This document shows positions 1 to 8,862 of a DNA stretch of 64,000 nucleotides, one piece after another; positions within the stretch are counted from its first letter, which is position 1; every line of letters begins with the position of its first letter. The notes below the pieces were generated by a model. The model did no database searches and was not told the DNA's origin. It was given only the letters and a program-made list of their open reading frames with translations. The position numbers were made by a program, and so were the translations under genes. This DNA is from an uncultured Candidatus Saccharibacteria bacterium (GTDB taxonomy: Bacteria; Patescibacteriota; Minisyncoccia; Phycocordibacterales; UBA918), in assembly GCA_964552045.1 (NCBI GenBank), contig CAZKFF010000001.1:64120-128119 (forward strand), written 5' to 3'.

Positions 1-61
1 CGATGAGTCTGTATAGGTTTTACAGACTTCTGGGAACAGCGTGATCACATGAAAATGCATA

Positions 62-493
62 TTAAAATAATTCTTTATATTTATTTAAAAAGAATGGGAA
101 TTGGGAATGCTGCGGATGCGGGATCTCATCAATGGCACACCAGCGCTGTTCTGTACATTTCCCCGGCTCGGTAATAGCAACTTCACTGGGATCAATGCGC
201 GCTTTAAAATCAAACGCTATCCAGTGCGATTTCTTTCCCTGTATCTCTCGGAACACCTCCCGGAAGCCTATAAGTTCGATCGCATACGCTGAAGCGCCGC
301 ACTCTTCTTTGATCTCCCGTCTTACCGCATCTTCAAGGGATTCATGCGGTTCAACACTTCCTCCTCCAGCGGGTTCCCAGCAACCCTGTTCATCTTTGCA
401 TAAAGGCCCGCGCTGCGAGATGAGATATTTTCCTTCCCCATTGTGGCACATAGTTATGACCGATACACCAGTGTAGTCGAAGCCTTTCTGCAT
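62..493 (-). CDS. NUDIX hydrolase
   Basis: 143-aa ORF with a Nudix box GGGSVEPHESLEDAVRREIKEECG (GX5EX7REUXEEXGU). ATG at 491-493. Confidence 0.8.
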   Translation of the reverse strand: MQKGFDYTGVSVITMCHNGEGKYLISQRGPLCKDEQGCWEPAGGGSVEPHESLEDAVRREIKEECGASAYAIELIGFREVFREIQGKKSHWIAFDFKARIDPSEVAITEPGKCTEQRWCAIDEIPHPQHSQFPFFLNKYKELF

Positions 494-509
494 GAATGTA
501 TACTAACAC

Positions 510-531
510 AAAACCCGCGCAGGCGGGTTTT
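510..531 (-). terminator. hairpin terminator after the rpsP-KH operon
   Basis: Perfect 9-bp stem aaaacccgc/gcgggtttt with a 4-nt loop. U-rich tail on the minus-strand RNA. Sits about 30 nt after the KH-protein stop. Confidence 0.5.
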
Positions 532-560
532 GTACCAGATTGAAAACTGGAAATTCCAAT

Positions 561-923
561 TTATATCTTAAGGTCGTCAATTGCCTGGTCGAGTGACTTC
601 GGCTCTGCAGCCATATCACTGGCTCCGCCCATATCTGTTCCCTGATCCTGTGAAAGCGCACTGCGCGGTCCGGTGCCGCCTTCCGGCTCATTGATCTTGA
701 GGTTCACGCGTGCTTCGTTCTTCATTCCCACTACGCGGAGCAATGTGCGGATCGCTTTGGCAGTATTGCCTGAGCGTCCGATGATCTTTCCCATATCCTC
801 TGCATGGACATCAAGCGTCAACAGAACGCCCATTTCGTCTACCGTGCGGGTAATGTGTACGCTGTCCGGATGGTCTACGAGTGCCTTGACTACTGTCTCT
901 AGAAATTGCTGATCTTCTTGCAT
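561..923 (-). CDS. KH-domain RNA-binding protein (YlqC/UPF0109-like), downstream of rpsP
   Basis: 120 aa with a KH-like core (GKIIGRSGNTAKAIRTL). The rpsP-KH gene order is conserved in bacteria. Confidence 0.7.
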   Translation of the reverse strand: MQEDQQFLETVVKALVDHPDSVHITRTVDEMGVLLTLDVHAEDMGKIIGRSGNTAKAIRTLLRVVGMKNEARVNLKINEPEGGTGPRSALSQDQGTDMGGASDMAAEPKSLDQAIDDLKI

Positions 924-1072
924 AGTACGTTTGTATTGAGAACTTTATGACTGATAAGCGTCCGTCACTTCTCTTTCAGTAACGTTGCCACAAACAATAG
1001 TACAAAGAATTATATATGTACGTCAACAGCGCCCGGTGCAATGCACCGGGCGCTGTTGATAAAATAATGGCT

Positions 1073-1489
1073 TTACGCAGCAGTCTCTTCCGTTTTCTCC
1101 TCTGTTGTTGCCTCATCAGGAGTTTCCGCCGTATCGGGAGTCTCCGCTTGTGCTGCAGCCGCCTCAGCTGCTGCCTTTTCCTCCTCCGCCTTCTTCAGAG
1201 CCTCCTCGTCAACAATCGGAGACTTGCGCGGCAGAGGGTTGATCTTCTTGCCATCAATCACCTTCTTGCTTACGAGCATATTGTGGAGCGTTACCGATGG
1301 TTGCACTCCCTGTGAGAGCCAGTGCTTCGCTTTCTCCTCATTGATCTGGAACGTACCTTGCTTCGGGCTGAACGAACCAAGAAGATCCACGTGCTTATTG
1401 CTTTTTGGACCTGTTCGCTTGTCAGTGACCACAATACGATATGAAGGATCGTTTTTGCGGCCGACTCGTTGTAATCGCATCATTAACAT
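1073..1489 (-). CDS. rpsP: 30S ribosomal protein S16 with Ala/Glu-rich C-terminal extension
   Basis: MLMMRLQRVGRKNDPSYRIVVTD matches the S16 N-terminus. Start chosen at the ATG at 1487-1489; the ORF track extends to 1528. Confidence 0.85.
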   Translation of the reverse strand: MLMMRLQRVGRKNDPSYRIVVTDKRTGPKSNKHVDLLGSFSPKQGTFQINEEKAKHWLSQGVQPSVTLHNMLVSKKVIDGKKINPLPRKSPIVDEEALKKAEEEKAAAEAAAAQAETPDTAETPDEATTEEKTEETAA

Positions 1490-1781
1490 AAGTGGCTGAA
1501 ACTGTATCAAAACTGCACAAAAAGTCAAATGAGCAAAGGCCAGTATGGACTATTGCGAATTTGTGCCCCGTCTTTTTTACAAGGAGAGTAAATCGCTGGG
1601 CCAAGGAACTGAGGGCGTCTGCGACATATTCTGCGACATATGTTATGTGTGTCAGAATTTACGCTTTCCGAGAGCCAATATTGACCAAAGAAATAGCAGT
1701 GCCATTGTGGAACACACTGCCCTCTTCACGAATACGGTATACTAAATAATACTCATACGTGCTAGACTCCTTCCACTTTGT

Positions 1782-3737
1782 ATGACACAGCAACAAACAT
1801 ATCAGGGGCCGATCATGGTACGGGCAAAAGGTACCGGCTTTTTGACTGTAGAGGGACTGCCTGAGGACGTCCTCATTCCGCCCGAATCACTCTCCTTCGC
1901 TCTGGATGGAGACATTGTCGAGGTCGCATTGGTTAAAAAAGTGCCCGGCAAACGACAGGAAGGCCGTGTGGTCCGTGTGGTTGAGCCGGCACATGAAGAA
2001 CTCATTGGCACAGTAAAGAAAGAAAAGGATGCCCCTAGGTTCTATCTGTCCCCCGATAACTACCGTATCCATGTCAAACCGCAGCTGCGCGAGGCAAGCA
2101 GTAACGACGAAGGCATGAAGGTGGCGGCCAAGATAATCAAATGGACCGATCCGCTGAAGGATCCCATCGCTGAGATAACTGAGACGCTTGGAAAAGCGGG
2201 TGACCATGAAACAGAAATGCAGGCCATCATCCGCTCAGGCGGATTTTCCGAGAGCTTCAATGAGGCTATACAACAGGCTGGACAGGAGCTCTATGCAAAA
2301 AAAGAAGAGATATTCAGGGAAGCTGTTGAAGCGAGCAAGGGACCACAGCCTTTTCGCCGCGATATGCGAGACCGGACAACAATGACCATTGATCCGGTGG
2401 ACGCAAAGGACTTCGACGATGCGCTCTCCTTCCATGTGCTTCAAAACGGGAATTACGAGGTGGGCATTCACATAGCCGATGTGTCGCATTATGTCCACGA
2501 GGGGGATGTCATCGACAAAGAAGCTCAGGAGCGCGGAACGTCGATTTATCTGGTAGACCGGGTCATCCCTATGCTTCCTGAGGTGCTGTCCAATGATCTC
2601 TGCTCACTGCGGCCCGATGAAGACCGCCTCGCATTCTCTGCAGTCTTTGAAATGGATGCAGACGCCCACATTGTCAGTGAATGGTACGGACAGACCATCA
2701 TCCATTCAAATAAACGGTTCAGCTATGAGGAAGCACAAGGGGTGCTCGATGCCCAGGATGGCCCCTTCCTTGCGGAGCTCTCTACCCTGATGGCCCTTGG
2801 GCGTATTCTGCGCAAAAGGCGCTACCAGGAAGGTGCTATAGCCTTTGATCAGCCGGAAGTAAAATTCAAGCTCGATGAGCACGGTAAACCGATCGCCGTT
2901 GTTGCAAAGGTGCGCACCGAAACCATGCTCATGATCGAAGATTTCATGCTGCTGTGCAATCAGCGTGTTTCAGAACATATCTATACGCTCTGTAAAGACA
3001 AGGGCCGCGATGCGGCATTCATTTACCGCATCCACGATGTACCGAACCCCGATAAGATCGAGGAGCTCTCGCTGTTCATCCATGCGCTCGGCTACGAATT
3101 CGAAACAAAACAAGGAGAGGTGCATGCAAAAGAGATCAACCGGCTTCTGAAGGACATCGAAGGTAAGCCTGAAGAGAATCTCATCAAGACAGCCACTATC
3201 CGCTCGATGGCAAAGGCTGTCTATTCAACGAAGAACATCGGACATTTTGGACTTGCATTCAAATACTATACCCACTTCACCTCTCCTATTCGCCGCTATC
3301 CCGACCTGATGGCACACCGGATGCTGCGGCGACACCTCGATGGATCGCAGATCGGCAAGCAGGAGATGCTCCGGTATGAAAAGCTCGCGATCAAGTCTTC
3401 AAAGCGGGAAATCGAGGCAGTGAAGGCAGAGCGCGATTCGATCAAGTTCAAGCAGGTTGAATACATGCTCGACAAGGTCGGACAGGAGTTCGACGGCGTA
3501 GTTACTGGCGTCACTGACTGGGGTATTTATGTCGAGGAAAAAGAATCCAAAGCAGAAGGTATGGTTCGCCTGGGTAGCCTCCGCAGCGACTATTTCGTCA
3601 TAGACCCGGGCAAATACCGCATCAAAGGAGAGAGGACGGGACAGACCTACTCACTCGGACAGGAAGTGCGCATCAAGCTGGTACGGGCAGACTTGGAAGA
3701 ACGACAGCTCGATTTCGAACTCATCGCTCGTGCTTGA
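1782..3737 (+). CDS. rnr: ribonuclease R (RNB family 3'-5' exoribonuclease)
   Basis: 651 aa. N-terminal cold-shock/OB region. RNB catalytic motif TMTIDPVDAKDFDDALS. C-terminal S1 domain. Ends at TGA 3735-3737. Confidence 0.85.
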   Translation: MTQQQTYQGPIMVRAKGTGFLTVEGLPEDVLIPPESLSFALDGDIVEVALVKKVPGKRQEGRVVRVVEPAHEELIGTVKKEKDAPRFYLSPDNYRIHVKPQLREASSNDEGMKVAAKIIKWTDPLKDPIAEITETLGKAGDHETEMQAIIRSGGFSESFNEAIQQAGQELYAKKEEIFREAVEASKGPQPFRRDMRDRTTMTIDPVDAKDFDDALSFHVLQNGNYEVGIHIADVSHYVHEGDVIDKEAQERGTSIYLVDRVIPMLPEVLSNDLCSLRPDEDRLAFSAVFEMDADAHIVSEWYGQTIIHSNKRFSYEEAQGVLDAQDGPFLAELSTLMALGRILRKRRYQEGAIAFDQPEVKFKLDEHGKPIAVVAKVRTETMLMIEDFMLLCNQRVSEHIYTLCKDKGRDAAFIYRIHDVPNPDKIEELSLFIHALGYEFETKQGEVHAKEINRLLKDIEGKPEENLIKTATIRSMAKAVYSTKNIGHFGLAFKYYTHFTSPIRRYPDLMAHRMLRRHLDGSQIGKQEMLRYEKLAIKSSKREIEAVKAERDSIKFKQVEYMLDKVGQEFDGVVTGVTDWGIYVEEKESKAEGMVRLGSLRSDYFVIDPGKYRIKGERTGQTYSLGQEVRIKLVRADLEERQLDFELIARA

Positions 3738-4051
3738 TAGACAACTTCTTAAAGCTGTTGCGCACTACAGATATCTCAAGCTCATCTGTAAGGAACGGCC
3801 ATTTGCTGCGTCACAATAAGTATATGGGTACTACCGGGCACAACGTAACATATTCACTTCCTCTCTATCTGAAGAATATGGCAGTGCTCTGTTTAATGCG
3901 CACGAAGTGGACAACGCGTGCGCTTTGTTCTAGCCGAGATTCCGTTTCTCTCCGGTAATCCCCTCTCAGAAAATGAAACCTCGGCTGGATCAAAGTCGAG
4001 GTATTTTGTACGAAAACCAGCAGCGGCTCTTTCACAGAGGGAGTATATGTC

Positions 4052-4300
4052 ATGCTCATCGACACTGTTTGCCCGGGTGCGAGCGATGCCGAAATGGACT
4101 TCACCGTCCACTTCGTCACCCATGGGAAATTCAAACTCGGGGAGTTTCTTGAGCTGGTGAACGAACGGTATCCGCTGATCGTCACCGAAAAAAGCAGGAG
4201 CGGAGTGACCACGGTCGCTATCCGCATGCGGCATTCGCACCTGCGCCTGCTCATTGCGATACTGCCCAAGTACGTGGGCGTCTCGTATGAACCTGCGTGA
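4052..4300 (+). CDS. small hypothetical protein (82 aa)
   Basis: GAGGGAG RBS-like sequence about 9 nt before the ATG. A perfect terminator hairpin follows directly after the stop. No recognisable domain. Confidence 0.4.
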   Translation: MLIDTVCPGASDAEMDFTVHFVTHGKFKLGEFLELVNERYPLIVTEKSRSGVTTVAIRMRHSHLRLLIAILPKYVGVSYEPA

Positions 4301-4335
4301 GCCTGCAAAACATCCGTATGTTTTGCAGGCTCTTC
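4301..4335. terminator. bidirectional intrinsic terminator hairpin
   Basis: gcctgcaaaaca-tccgta-tgttttgcaggc gives a perfect 12-bp stem, followed by tcttctttattt. Lies between the converging small ORF (+) and smc (-). Confidence 0.65.
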
Positions 4336-4336
4336 T

Positions 4337-6613
4337 TTATTTGGCGACAGTGACCGCCTCCTCAAACTTTACCGACAGCAGTTTCGAGACCCCGTCGCCA
4401 CCCATAGTAACGCCGTAGAGTATGCCGGCGCGACTCATGGTCTCGCGGTTGTGCGTAATGAGGATAAGCTGCGACTTCTCCGCAAGCGCCTCGATCATGT
4501 CGCCGTAGCGCCGCGAATTTGCCTCATCAAGTGCCGCATCGGTCTCATCAAGAATGATGAACAGAGGGGGGTTGACCTGGCTCATGGCGAAAATAAGCGC
4601 GATGGAAGTAAGTGCCCGCTCCCCTCCGGAAAGCATATCCAAGCCCCGCACGCGCTTGTTGGGAAGTTTGACGTCAAGCTCGATCCCTTCCTGTACCAGC
4701 TCATCCTCTTCCCCCGCTGCTGGAGCCGTTTCTTCCTCACCTTCTTCAAGTTCATCGTTCTGTTTGCGGATCTTCGGCTTCACACGGAGGAGTTTTGCCT
4801 CACCGCCCCCGAACATCAGCGCGAAGAACCGGTTGAACTCAGCTCCGATCTTTTCAATGCCGGCGACAAACTCGCTATTGAGCGAAGCAGTGAGTTCCGC
4901 GATGAGTTCCTCGAGCTTTGTGATGGAGGCTTCCAGATCGGCTATTTCCCGAACCAGGAATTCATCACGGCCTTTCACTTCCTTGTATTCCTTCTCGACA
5001 TCCTGATCAACGCCGCCAAGCTCTTCAAGGCGTATCTTGAGCTTCTCAAGCTCATGCCGGCGATCCTTCTGCACCTGCCGATCTTCGCTGACTATCTCTT
5101 TGGTACCGACCGGCTTCCCATCCTTCTCTATCTCAAGAGTGAAATATTTTGATGCGCCGCTGCCGATCAGTGCCACCGCCTCCTGCAGTTCCCGTTTGAA
5201 TTCATTGCGGTCACGTTCAAGCGCACCCAATTCTGCATCAATGCGGGAGATGAGATTTTCGCATTCGCGCTGCTCTCCGATGATACGGAACACTTCCCGC
5301 TCGGCATCCCGGCTCTCCGATTGCTCTGCCTCAATGGACCGCCGTATCTCTTCATATGCGGAGGTCAGTTCTGACTCCTCTTTCTCAATATGGACTATGC
5401 GGCTTTCGCATTCCTGTTGTTCCACCTCCAGATCCTGAAGCTCCTTTTCCTCATCCTTGGTGCTCCCGGCAGCAGACCCGGACGCATGCTGCAGCAGTTT
5501 CCGCAACATATGCACCATATCGGCAAACGACCGACGCAGAAAATGGAGGTCTTCACTTGCTGCCGCCTTCTGTGCGGCCACCTCGATCGCATCGAGTACT
5601 TTTTTGAATTCACTGCCCGGAACGGGAGCAACCTCTTCCTGCGCATGTTTCTCTTTCATCTGGGTAATGCGGCGCTTCAGGAAGAGCACCTGTCCCTCCA
5701 CCGTCCCGCTCTTGCGCAACAGTTCCTGGCGCTTCTTGCGCACAGCCGATATCTTTTCTTCAAGGTCCATCAGCGTCTTGCTCTTCTCGTCATTCTCGCT
5801 TGCAGCGAGCACTGACTTTGCTTTGCCCAGTTCCTGGGTAAGCGCGTGGAGCTTCTGCGTCGGCTCATCCTTCTGTGCGGTAAGCCTGTCGTGATGGAAT
5901 GCTATATACGTGTCCTCACGTTTGAGATATTCCGCATACACTGCCGTCAACTCCTGCCGCAGCTGCAAGGCACGCTCTATCTTCTTCAATTGCCGCTCCA
6001 AAAACTGCAGATGTGGCGCGACCTCGCGGCGCAGCGACTGCACCCGCCCAACGTTTTCACGGGTTTTCTCCAGTTTCCTTTCTGCCTCGTTCTTCTTGTA
6101 TTGATATACCTTCAGCCCCAAAGCATCCTCGATCATTTCTCTGCGCTCCTGGTTTGAAGCTGAAAGGATGCGGTCCGCCTCACCCTGGGAAATGATATGG
6201 TGGCCTGTTGAACCAATATTTGCTGCAGCGAGCAGCTCCTGAACGTCTTTCAGGCGGACCTTCGAGCTATTGATTGCATACTCATTGGTACCGTCGCGGT
6301 TGACCGTACGTTCAATGAGGATCTCATCGAAATCCATCTGGAACACTCTTTGTGTGTTGTCGAGGACCACACTGACCTGCGCACGGTTGCCGCGTGAGAC
6401 GCTGTCCGAGCCGTTGAATATGAGGTCCTCACCTCTCTTGCCGCGCATCGATTTTATGGATTGCTCACCCAATACAAAGCGAAACGCTTCAGCGACATTT
6501 GACTTGCCAGAACCATTTGGACCCACGATCGCAGTTATGGGCGCACTGAATTCAAGCTCGCTCTTCTTAGCAAATGATTTGAAACCACTGATTGTGAGGT
6601 GTTTAAGATACAT
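4337..6613 (-). CDS. smc: chromosome segregation protein SMC (short form, 758 aa)
   Basis: N-terminal Walker A FKSF...GPNGSGKSN. Long coiled-coil middle. C-terminal signature LSGGERALTSIALIFA and Walker B LFIILDETDAALD. Confidence 0.85.
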   Translation of the reverse strand: MYLKHLTISGFKSFAKKSELEFSAPITAIVGPNGSGKSNVAEAFRFVLGEQSIKSMRGKRGEDLIFNGSDSVSRGNRAQVSVVLDNTQRVFQMDFDEILIERTVNRDGTNEYAINSSKVRLKDVQELLAAANIGSTGHHIISQGEADRILSASNQERREMIEDALGLKVYQYKKNEAERKLEKTRENVGRVQSLRREVAPHLQFLERQLKKIERALQLRQELTAVYAEYLKREDTYIAFHHDRLTAQKDEPTQKLHALTQELGKAKSVLAASENDEKSKTLMDLEEKISAVRKKRQELLRKSGTVEGQVLFLKRRITQMKEKHAQEEVAPVPGSEFKKVLDAIEVAAQKAAASEDLHFLRRSFADMVHMLRKLLQHASGSAAGSTKDEEKELQDLEVEQQECESRIVHIEKEESELTSAYEEIRRSIEAEQSESRDAEREVFRIIGEQRECENLISRIDAELGALERDRNEFKRELQEAVALIGSGASKYFTLEIEKDGKPVGTKEIVSEDRQVQKDRRHELEKLKIRLEELGGVDQDVEKEYKEVKGRDEFLVREIADLEASITKLEELIAELTASLNSEFVAGIEKIGAEFNRFFALMFGGGEAKLLRVKPKIRKQNDELEEGEEETAPAAGEEDELVQEGIELDVKLPNKRVRGLDMLSGGERALTSIALIFAMSQVNPPLFIILDETDAALDEANSRRYGDMIEALAEKSQLILITHNRETMSRAGILYGVTMGGDGVSKLLSVKFEEAVTVAK

Positions 6614-6633
6614 TGCAGCTGGTCCGCTCCACC

Positions 6634-7497
6634 TTAATTGACAAAGATGATATACGCATCGTCAAGGTCGATCTCATCATTGATCCAATTGTATGCTCCC
6701 TGCGTGTAATAGGAACTCTGGGTGTAGTAAGACGTCTGGGTGTAGTAGGATGTCTGCGCATAATAATTTCCCTGGATGTAGTACGAGGTCTGCGCATAAT
6801 ATGAAGTCTGCGTGTAGTACGAGGTCTGCATATAGTACGAAGACTGCATGTAGTATGAACTCTGTACATAGTACGAACCCTGGGCATAGTACCCGGATTG
6901 TGAGTAGTACCCGCTTTGGCTGTAGTAGCCTGATTGCGAGTAGTACCCACTTTGGCTGTAGTACCCGCTCTGACCATAGTAGCCGCTCTGCCGATAGTAT
7001 CCTGACTGTGAGTAATACCCGCTCTGGCCGTAACCCGCATACGCAACCGGCAGGAACGAATCGTCTTCAAGGTTAAGCTCTTCTTCCCCGCATACATCGG
7101 TGTAGTTCCCGTTCCCTTCAGACTCCATGTTCTGGACAATGATGACATCCCTGGTTTCGCCATTGCATTCAAAATCAGAGAAATACCAATATCCGTAGTT
7201 GCTTTTATCTCCGAGTGGGTCTTTGTTTATTTCAGGCAAGAACGGAGCAAGTTCGTCATCGATCGCCTCCCCTACGCCTATCTCTACCCCGTCGCTGAAT
7301 TCAGGGTATTCACCGTTCGCTTCTTTGTAGAGGCGAACCCCGAGCTTGAGCTGTTCAAGGTCATTCACCCGCGCTGTATCACGCGCTTCTTTCCGTGCGT
7401 TGCTGAAAACAGTGAAGGCAAGCACTGCCAGAGTAATGATGATGCCGACAACAGTCATCACTTCAACAAGTGTAAAACCTGTTCTTCTCATTAGCAC
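6634..7497 (-). CDS. type IV pilin-like protein with C-terminal Tyr-rich pentapeptide repeat
   Basis: N-terminal class III (prepilin) signal RRTGFTLVEVMTVVGIIITLAVLAF. Conserved pilin-like core shared with the neighbouring gene. About 23 tandem copies of S-G/S/T-YY-x-Q. Confidence 0.75.
   Translation of the reverse strand: MLMRRTGFTLVEVMTVVGIIITLAVLAFTVFSNARKEARDTARVNDLEQLKLGVRLYKEANGEYPEFSDGVEIGVGEAIDDELAPFLPEINKDPLGDKSNYGYWYFSDFECNGETRDVIIVQNMESEGNGNYTDVCGEEELNLEDDSFLPVAYAGYGQSGYYSQSGYYRQSGYYGQSGYYSQSGYYSQSGYYSQSGYYSQSGYYAQGSYYVQSSYYMQSSYYMQTSYYTQTSYYAQTSYYIQGNYYAQTSYYTQTSYYTQSSYYTQGAYNWINDEIDLDDAYIIFVN
6690..7045 (-). repeat. 15-nt periodic coding repeat encoding (S-x-Y-Y-x-Q)n
   Basis: Visible 15-bp periodicity gtagta...ctg..., with synonymous and near-synonymous variation between units. 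Confidence 0.8.
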
Positions 7498-7543
7498 AAT
7501 AATATCATCCGTAGAGCACTAAAAAAGAGCGACCGGGGGAATA

Positions 7544-8032
7544 TCAGTCCTTCAGTACGATAATGTACGACCCTGACCCTGCCACGGTCGCATCGGGACT
7601 TGCATCTGTACAAACAGTTGCAAAGTTCGCGTTCTTTGAAAGTTCCATGTTGCGGGCAAAAATGACATGCTGGCCGGATTCAGAACAGGTGAAATCAGAA
7701 TCGTACCAGTAGCTGTATTGGGTGCCCTCCGCTGCCCGCTTCGGATCACTGTAGATATTGCCGTTGAAAAGCCGGATATCGTCATCGAGATCACCGCCCA
7801 TCCCGATTTCAACCCCATTATCGAACGATGGGTAATCCCTGTATTTCTCCTTATAGAGCGTGAGGGCGAACTGGATATTGGTCAGATCAGAGACACGTTT
7901 TTCTTCGCGCGTTTTCTGCCGTGCCTGGGACATCGAGGCAAGCACGATGGTGAGTATGATCATGATGAGAGCGATCACAACCGCAAGTTCAACAAGTGTG
8001 AACCCGTCTTTTGTCTTCGCAATCTGTCGCAT
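7544..8032 (-). CDS. type IV pilin-like / pseudopilin protein
   Basis: 162 aa. N-terminal KDGFTLVELAVVIALIMIILTIV (G|FTLVE prepilin cleavage/methylation motif). Core paralogous to the 6634..7497 gene (YP-FxxGVEIG-G...YWY-SDF-C). Confidence 0.75.
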   Translation of the reverse strand: MRQIAKTKDGFTLVELAVVIALIMIILTIVLASMSQARQKTREEKRVSDLTNIQFALTLYKEKYRDYPSFDNGVEIGMGGDLDDDIRLFNGNIYSDPKRAAEGTQYSYWYDSDFTCSESGQHVIFARNMELSKNANFATVCTDASPDATVAGSGSYIIVLKD

Positions 8033-8098
8033 GCCTTAATCCTATCATGCACTTACTGTGCAAAACTGAGATAGCCACCAGGCCCAAGGCTGCATAAT

Positions 8099-8821
8099 TT
8101 ACCAGCCTTTCTGCTCGATCGCTTTCAGCGCTGCTTCCTGTTCAGCCTCCTGTTTCGCCCGTCCCTTCCCTTCGCCTACCTTTTCTTTCCCGAGAAAAAC
8201 GCCAACAGTGAATACGCGGTCATGGTCTGGTCCTTCCTGGCTGAGCGTAGCATAGGTCGGCGTCAGGTTTGTGTGTTCCTGCGCCAGCTCCTGAAACCTG
8301 CTTTTTGGATCTTGCCACAGGCGCTTCTCCACTATCTCATCAGTTTTGCTGAACAACTGATCAGCGATGAATTTCTGGGCGATGCCGTACCCCTGATCCA
8401 CGTACAAAGCTCCAATGAATGCTTCGAATGCATTTGCCAGAATATACTGCCGTGCTCTTCCAACATCCTTTGATTCGCCTTTGGACATCAGGAGATAATC
8501 ATTGACGCCGAGCTTCGTCGAGGCATTGGAAAGCGAGACCGTATTGACAAGCGCCGACCTGATGGCGGTAAGCTCGCCTTCCGGCTTATCTGGATACTTG
8601 CGGAACAGGAAATCCGTCACCACAAGCTCCAACACTGCATCCCCAAGGAATTCGAGCCGTTCGTTGTGGTCTTGCTTAGCATCGCGGTGCTCATTGAGAT
8701 ACGAACGGTGTGTTATGGCGGTCAACAGGTGCATTTTGTCATTGAACACAAAACCGAGCACGCGTTCAAGTGCGAGCAGGTCAGCTTCAATGTTCCGTTC
8801 ATCGCTTTCTTTTTGAGCCAT
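8099..8821 (-). CDS. rnc: ribonuclease III
   Basis: RNase III signature ERLEFLGDAVLELVVTDFLF. C-terminal dsRBD with a KAKQEAEQEAALKAIE-like tail. Confidence 0.9.
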   Translation of the reverse strand: MAQKESDERNIEADLLALERVLGFVFNDKMHLLTAITHRSYLNEHRDAKQDHNERLEFLGDAVLELVVTDFLFRKYPDKPEGELTAIRSALVNTVSLSNASTKLGVNDYLLMSKGESKDVGRARQYILANAFEAFIGALYVDQGYGIAQKFIADQLFSKTDEIVEKRLWQDPKSRFQELAQEHTNLTPTYATLSQEGPDHDRVFTVGVFLGKEKVGEGKGRAKQEAEQEAALKAIEQKGW

Positions 8822-8862
8822 AGTTCTGTGTAGCTCAACGCTACCACGTTTTAAAAAATGCG

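Noticed and set aside
4451-6195. Several 60-230 aa ORFs on the plus strand inside smc (e.g. 4451..5152, 4554..5006, 5037..5438)
   Set aside because: They are antisense to a well-supported SMC gene and have Ser/Arg-rich composition typical of antisense GC-rich frames.
6603-7172. ORFs 6603..7172(-), 6693..7076(+) and 6613..6804(+) overlapping the pilin repeat region
   Set aside because: These are alternative-frame or antisense readings of the 15-nt periodic repeat. Their products are low-complexity strings (TTAKAGTT...). The pilin frame is the only one with a coherent N-terminal domain.
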